Positions 59,069-64,000 of a stretch of DNA of 64,000 bases are shown here, in pieces. The notes beneath the pieces were generated by a model. It saw nothing but the letters and a program-made list of their open reading frames with translations, made no database searches and was not told the DNA's origin. How positions within the stretch are numbered: position 1 is the first letter of the stretch; each line of letters begins with the position of its first letter. Made by a program: the position numbers and the translations under genes. The stretch is from positions 32,168 through 96,167 of the forward strand of contig NIVC01000503.1 of the NCBI GenBank assembly GCA_002269645.1, written 5' to 3'. This DNA comes from Macrostomum lignano. Taxonomy: Eukaryota.

Positions 59069-62000
59069 ATGGGCAATCAAAACTCCCAAGTCGATGAAAA
59101 TCGTCAGCGGACTCCGGACTCCCAGGCTTCAGATTTAGCCGGGCGTTTAAAAAGTGGCAATGTTGATTTGAGCTGCCGCGAATTCTCTGCTGAGTATGGC
59201 GTAGACATGCAGCCCCAGTTACTAGCTGAGCTGCTCAAACTGTCTCCTGATCGAAACCGATGGTGCTCGGAGGCGGTACTATTGTTCGCTTCTAATCGAC
59301 ACTGGCGGCTGGTTCAACAGCTTCTGCATGCTATCGAAGACTCTAAAGTTAGAGAAATTTGTGCTGCAGAGGCTGCAAAGTGCGCGGCCATGTGGCAGGA
59401 CTGGCGAGAAGCCGAGAATTTAGTGCTTCAAGTGATGAACGAGCGCCTTCGCCAGACTGTCTGCAGCGACTTGGCCAAGTTTGCGGCTAGCGCTTGTAAC
59501 GGTGATGTGGCGGATATGTTCACCTGCATTATCGCCGATCAAAATATGCAAGACGATTGCTTGCACAAATCGGCCACTGCGGCTGCTGCTGCCTGTGACG
59601 CTACAATTACATCAGGAGAGGGACGCGCCGAGCTTGCTGCTAGGCTAGTAGCTAAAATTCAAAATCCAGAATCTCGCGACCGATGCAGTCGCGAAGTCGC
59701 TGGTTTCCTCTCCGTCTCCGGTCACTGGGAAATGGTCGAGCGCCTTTTCGTTGGCATCGAAGAACAAAAAATCAAGGAGGATTGCAGCTCCGAATTGGCT
59801 CCGAGGGCAGCTGAATCTGGCAGATGGCAGATCGCCGCTAGCCTGGCTGCTAGCATAGTCGAGCAGTCGACTCGAGATTCAGTCTGCTTGAAGGTGCTTG
59901 AGACAGCCGTTGTCAAGGATCAGTTTCAGCCACTTGCTAATGAGCTAGTACCAACCATGTCCAAAGCAGCGGTGGACCAGAGCTGCAGCGACTGTGCCGT
60001 CCTGGCAGCTGCTTGGGAACGCTGGGATAACGCTGGTGCAGCTGTCCGCTTCATCAAAGACCAGAAAGTGCAAGACGAATGCCGAATCTGCATTGCTAAG
60101 CAGGCTGGCCAGAAAGAGGCCTGGTCTGTAGCTGTCGAATTTCTCGGCGGCCTTGCTGACATAAGCAGAAGAAACAGCTGCTTCAAAGAGCTGGCTAAAG
60201 CTGCCGGAAGCAAACATGAATTCAAAGCGTTTGTTCAGCTAGTCAATGAAATTACTGACGTTTCTATACAGGACGACTGTCGATACGACGTCACTTGCAC
60301 CCGTGTTAAGAATAAAGATATTGACGCCGCAAACACCATTGCACAATCGATTGCTGATAAAACCGTCAAAGACAGGTGCCTCAGCGAGGCCGCTCGCTTG
60401 TGCACAGCAGTTGACCAGTGGAATTCAATTACTCCGTTGGTCAGTACGATTTCCGATCAGCGACTTAAGGACGACTGTTGCGCTTGCATAGCGAGGACTG
60501 ACAATGAGCTTAAACACGCGGAGGAAGTCTTAAAACTCGTGCAAATTATCGACAATTCAAAGCGGAAGGATTCGTGCTGTATTGAACTGAGTCGAACCGC
60601 GGCCAGCCTTGAGGACTGGGAGACGCATAAAAGTCTACTGAACTTAGTCTCGGATGCTAGCGTGCAGGATCGGTGCTGCGAAGAGGCTGCCATATGCGCC
60701 GCATCCATGGCCAATTGGGGGCAAGCCGTCCGATTGTGTGGCGAAATTCAACGCTCCTCGGAATTGCGCAACAGCTGCCTGAGAGAGTTAGCTAAACTTG
60801 CCTTGGGCAGGCGTCGATACGACGTTGCCGAGGAAGTCGCAGCCAAAATTTCTGATTGCGCAACTAAAAACTATTGCTATAGTGATACTGCCACTCTGTC
60901 CGCTACCTGGGAAGACTGGGAAGATGCCGATAATTTAGCAAAGCAAATTACTGACGGTTGTTTGAGAGACCAGTGCTATTCGAATATTGCACTAACTTGT
61001 TGTGCTGCTAAAAAATGGATCGAGGCTAATCGTTTTGGGCAGAAAATTCGTGACCAGGACGTTAAAGATCGCTGCTTCAAGGAATTGGCAGTCGGCGCCG
61101 CAAATGCTCAGCTGTGGGCAGAGGCAGATAAATTCGTACTCGAACTTTGCAAGTATGAAGTCCAGCTTACTTGCATTACTGAGGTGGCTAAGCTAGCTTC
61201 AACAGCTCAAGAGTGGGCTGTTGCACTGAGCGTTCTGCAACTGATATCGGAGCAGGACAATCGAGAACGAGGCTTCTATGATGTTTCTGTAAGCGCTGTT
61301 CATGCCGAAAACACTAAAGCTGCTGTTAATGCCTTATCGATGATTCGTAATATAGAATTTCGCGATTTGTGCACTGTCGAGCTGGTGAAGCTTTCAGCCG
61401 TCACCGGCTTGGCAAATGTTGCCGAGATGGTGAAGTTGACCTCTAGCAGAGACATTGCCGAGCTGTGCCGTTCTGATGCTATAAAAGCTGCAGCTTTAAG
61501 TGGCAGTTTCAACCTGTTGATGCAGCAACTACCACCGAAAGCCAGCGTGTTGAGCGTCTTTGATTTCGATAGCCGCGCTGGTAAACTCCAACCGTCTGAA
61601 TGGCAGTTGCGAGGTCTCTCCAACTGCGCCATTGCTGCCGAGAGTGAGCAAACGATTACAAGACTACTGGACGACATGAAGCAGCTACACAGAATCCAAC
61701 TGTTTGAAGAGTGCATCTCATTCGGCTACTCAGCCCTGGCCGTTTTGATTGTACCCAATCTCAACCAGGTGGATCAGAGAGACGAAACAGGCAGTACCGC
61801 ACTGATGCTAGCTACTGATGAGGATCGTCACGAGATTGTAAAAAGCCTGCTAGAAAGCGGAGCATCAGTGCAGGCCGCAGACAACCTGGGTCGAACTGCT
61901 TTGGCTCGAGCGTTTCTGTCTGGCAACGAGAAGATCGCCAAGACTTTGATTGACAGTGGCTCCAACGTCCATCACCGAGACCGCCAGGGCTTAACGTGTG

Positions 62001-64000
62001 CGCAGATGGCTGAAATGGCTGGACAACGAGAAGTGTTACGCTTGTTAGACTATCGCAGTTTAGAGAGGTGACATTCTAATTCATTTTTATAACTTATTAT
62101 TAATTCCAATTTAAAAAGCGATCATTTGCATTTTAGCTCGAGTTTGACGGAAGCGTTTGTTGAAACTGCCACGGAAGATGAGTAAGAAACGAGCTTATAC
62201 CTGAGCTGTCTTAAACTCGAAATTTTGTTGGTCGCGACTCTCTACGGGTCTCTCCACGACACTTGCCTTTGCAAAAATGGTCTCCAATAAAAAAAACCCT
62301 TCAGAAGTTCGACGCCAGAAGAACTGAGCCTTGACCTGCACCAGCGGCTTAACCAGGCTGGATTCACCAAGTCAGCCGCGATCAAGCAGCAAGCGCTTGC
62401 CTCTAATCTGGAAGGGGCAGCACAGGAGCTGTCGCTTGAGCACAGGCTACTCATTGGCAGCTGCATCGAGGGCTGGGGCTACGGAAATTTGGCACTGAAA
62501 ACACCAACTGATGCAGCGGCTAAGCGTGACCGTTTAGGCACAAATGACATTAACTGGACTATTTTAGTCGGAGGTAAGAAGAAAATATTTCACTTGGCTG
62601 ACGACTGCCAGTGCGAGTTTGCTGACGATGAAGAGCAGCAGCTGGAAGCGGTGAAGAACGGTCGCATTCATTTGCAATCGCGCATAGGTTAGTACGAGCT
62701 AGCTACATGTATTGGGCAAATTTTAATGCTTATACTCGTAGTCGTAGAACACATCCTGGTATTAACCATTATACTAGCTGAGCTAAATACTTTGGCGGGG
62801 AACGGGGACTGCCTTCCAAATTGTATTGGACCTAGAGGAACCTATTACGAGCTATCAAAAATGAACACTCGCAGGAAGTTAGTGGCCACCCTAGCGCAAC
62901 GCATTGTCCCACAATCATCGGTAAGGCAATACTGCCCGCATTACGCTGACTCCTTAGCACATGCCAGCGCGCGCATGGACAATGTACACAGGCACGCACT
63001 CATGTGTGCAAGCGTTCACACAGAATTCTATCATAAAATTACTAAATAGGAATTCCGCTCCTGTGGGGTTAAAGATAGCACCATTGGCACCATATGGACA
63101 GTGCAAAACTCATCATTGCTTGCGGAAATCGGGTCGAAAAAATAATGGAGAAATATTTATTGAACTGGCTGCTGTTCTCATACGTGTCATAAATAAAGCA
63201 AAGCAACACAAAGGCATTGCTGCCCATTCCACCGACTCCCCTGAGCAGGCACACAAGCGCGCGGATACGTAGGCAGTCATGCGCATAGCAGTGTACAGCG
63301 GCCCTGACTTTCTAATTATCAGGAACTTGTACATTTCATAGTGCCGAATTAATTGGGGATTAGCCCTTCTGTGCGTTAATTTCACAAGCAGACTCAAGCC
63401 GAGATTCCAGTTTCTATGTTTTTCCATCATATTACCACCCACCATTAATTTTCAGGCCAAGTTCCCATCGTAACAAAAGGCTGCAGCACCCGGCCGCAAC
63501 AGACAACATGTCACGCCTTCCGCTGCTGTAGCTGCTATCGTGCGGATCGAGTCCGCTTGCTCCTGTCGGAAGCAAGCGCGGAGCCTGTGCACCTGATCAG
63601 AACGATTGTAACCAGCTCAGCTAGAGAGCTACAGATCAGCTTTAGCAATCAGGAAAGGAAAATTATGCAGTCCCTGTGCACAGTTCAGGGCCAGCTATTC
63701 GTCTTGATCAAATTCATTTTTGTAGAACTGCTGCCAAATCGATTCTCAACTACTGGCTTGAGCAGCTACCACGCGAAGATGCTGCTATTTTACATGATGG
63801 AGAAGCACAGGCTCAATATCGAATGCTGGCAGTCTGCGCACTTGATCCAGTTACTACAAGAGTCGCTCAGTTTGATGCTGCAGTTCTTTGATTCGAATGC
63901 TTCATCGGAAATCTGCATGCCGCACTTCTTCATGCCGGATGTGATGCTTCAATTCCGAAATGCCGGTCTTGGAGGCGACTTTCAGCGCACCAAAGAGAAG
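59069..64000 (+). CDS. Helical-repeat + ankyrin + Mab-21/cGAS-like (cGLR) nucleotidyltransferase-fold protein; 3' end beyond the window (at least 1324 aa)
   Basis: Exons 59069-62067, 62137-62181, 62305-62687 and 63456-(64000) join in frame through GT-AG introns of 69, 123 and 768 bp (phases 2, 2, 1), giving 3972 nt with no stop. N-terminus MGNQNS; ~33-aa repeats at ~59252-61500; ankyrin repeats GSTALMLA/GRTALARA/GLTCAQMA at ~61769-62046. Mab-21 motifs: LLIGSCIEGWG (GS at 62456), DINWTILV, CHAFRCC, ISFSNQERKIMQSL (63635), LFVLIKFIF, GLSSYHAKMLLFYMME (63755), W...L..LL...L, CMPHFFMP (63914). Confidence 0.85.

Noticed and set aside
62278-62330. Independent ATG start (MVSNKK...) for the Mab-21 exons requiring a frameshift in an A8 run
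   Set aside because: The acceptor CCTTCAG| at 62304 gives an in-frame join to the upstream exons with no frameshift, which is more parsimonious.

Overview
Repeat-rich animal genomic DNA. Short GT-AG introns, GC-rich exons and TTAGGG tracts suggest an invertebrate, plausibly a flatworm such as Macrostomum (inference only). Four protein-coding genes are supported. (1) An 18-exon axonemal inner-arm dynein heavy chain most like DNAH6 (7611-23569, minus), with three apparent frameshift sites in homopolymer runs. (2) Gamma-SNAP/NAPG (24475-32341, plus), head-to-head with the dynein. (3) A single-ORF CABIT-domain adaptor (54410-56230). (4) The most interesting locus (59069 to beyond 64000): manual splicing joins the 1000-aa ORF in frame to three more exons the ORF track misses. 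The product has an N-myristoylation-type start, about 22 Cys-rich 33-aa helical repeats, ankyrin repeats and a Mab-21/cGAS-like (cGLR) nucleotidyltransferase domain whose acidic triad looks degenerate. The first 5 kb hold a decayed spliced gene with a chromodomain and a Zn-finger/HN/YLPC region that I associate with tyrosine-recombinase (Crypton-like) elements, with introns filled by an 85-bp satellite. The 33-53 kb region contains non-autonomous Helitron-like elements, a near-identical ~2-kb inverted duplication showing an empty and a filled insertion site, many tandem arrays and purine/pyrimidine tracts. MITEs, a maT/mariner relic and a CORE-type tRNA SINE are also present. All family assignments come from motif recognition by eye; no database searches were run.
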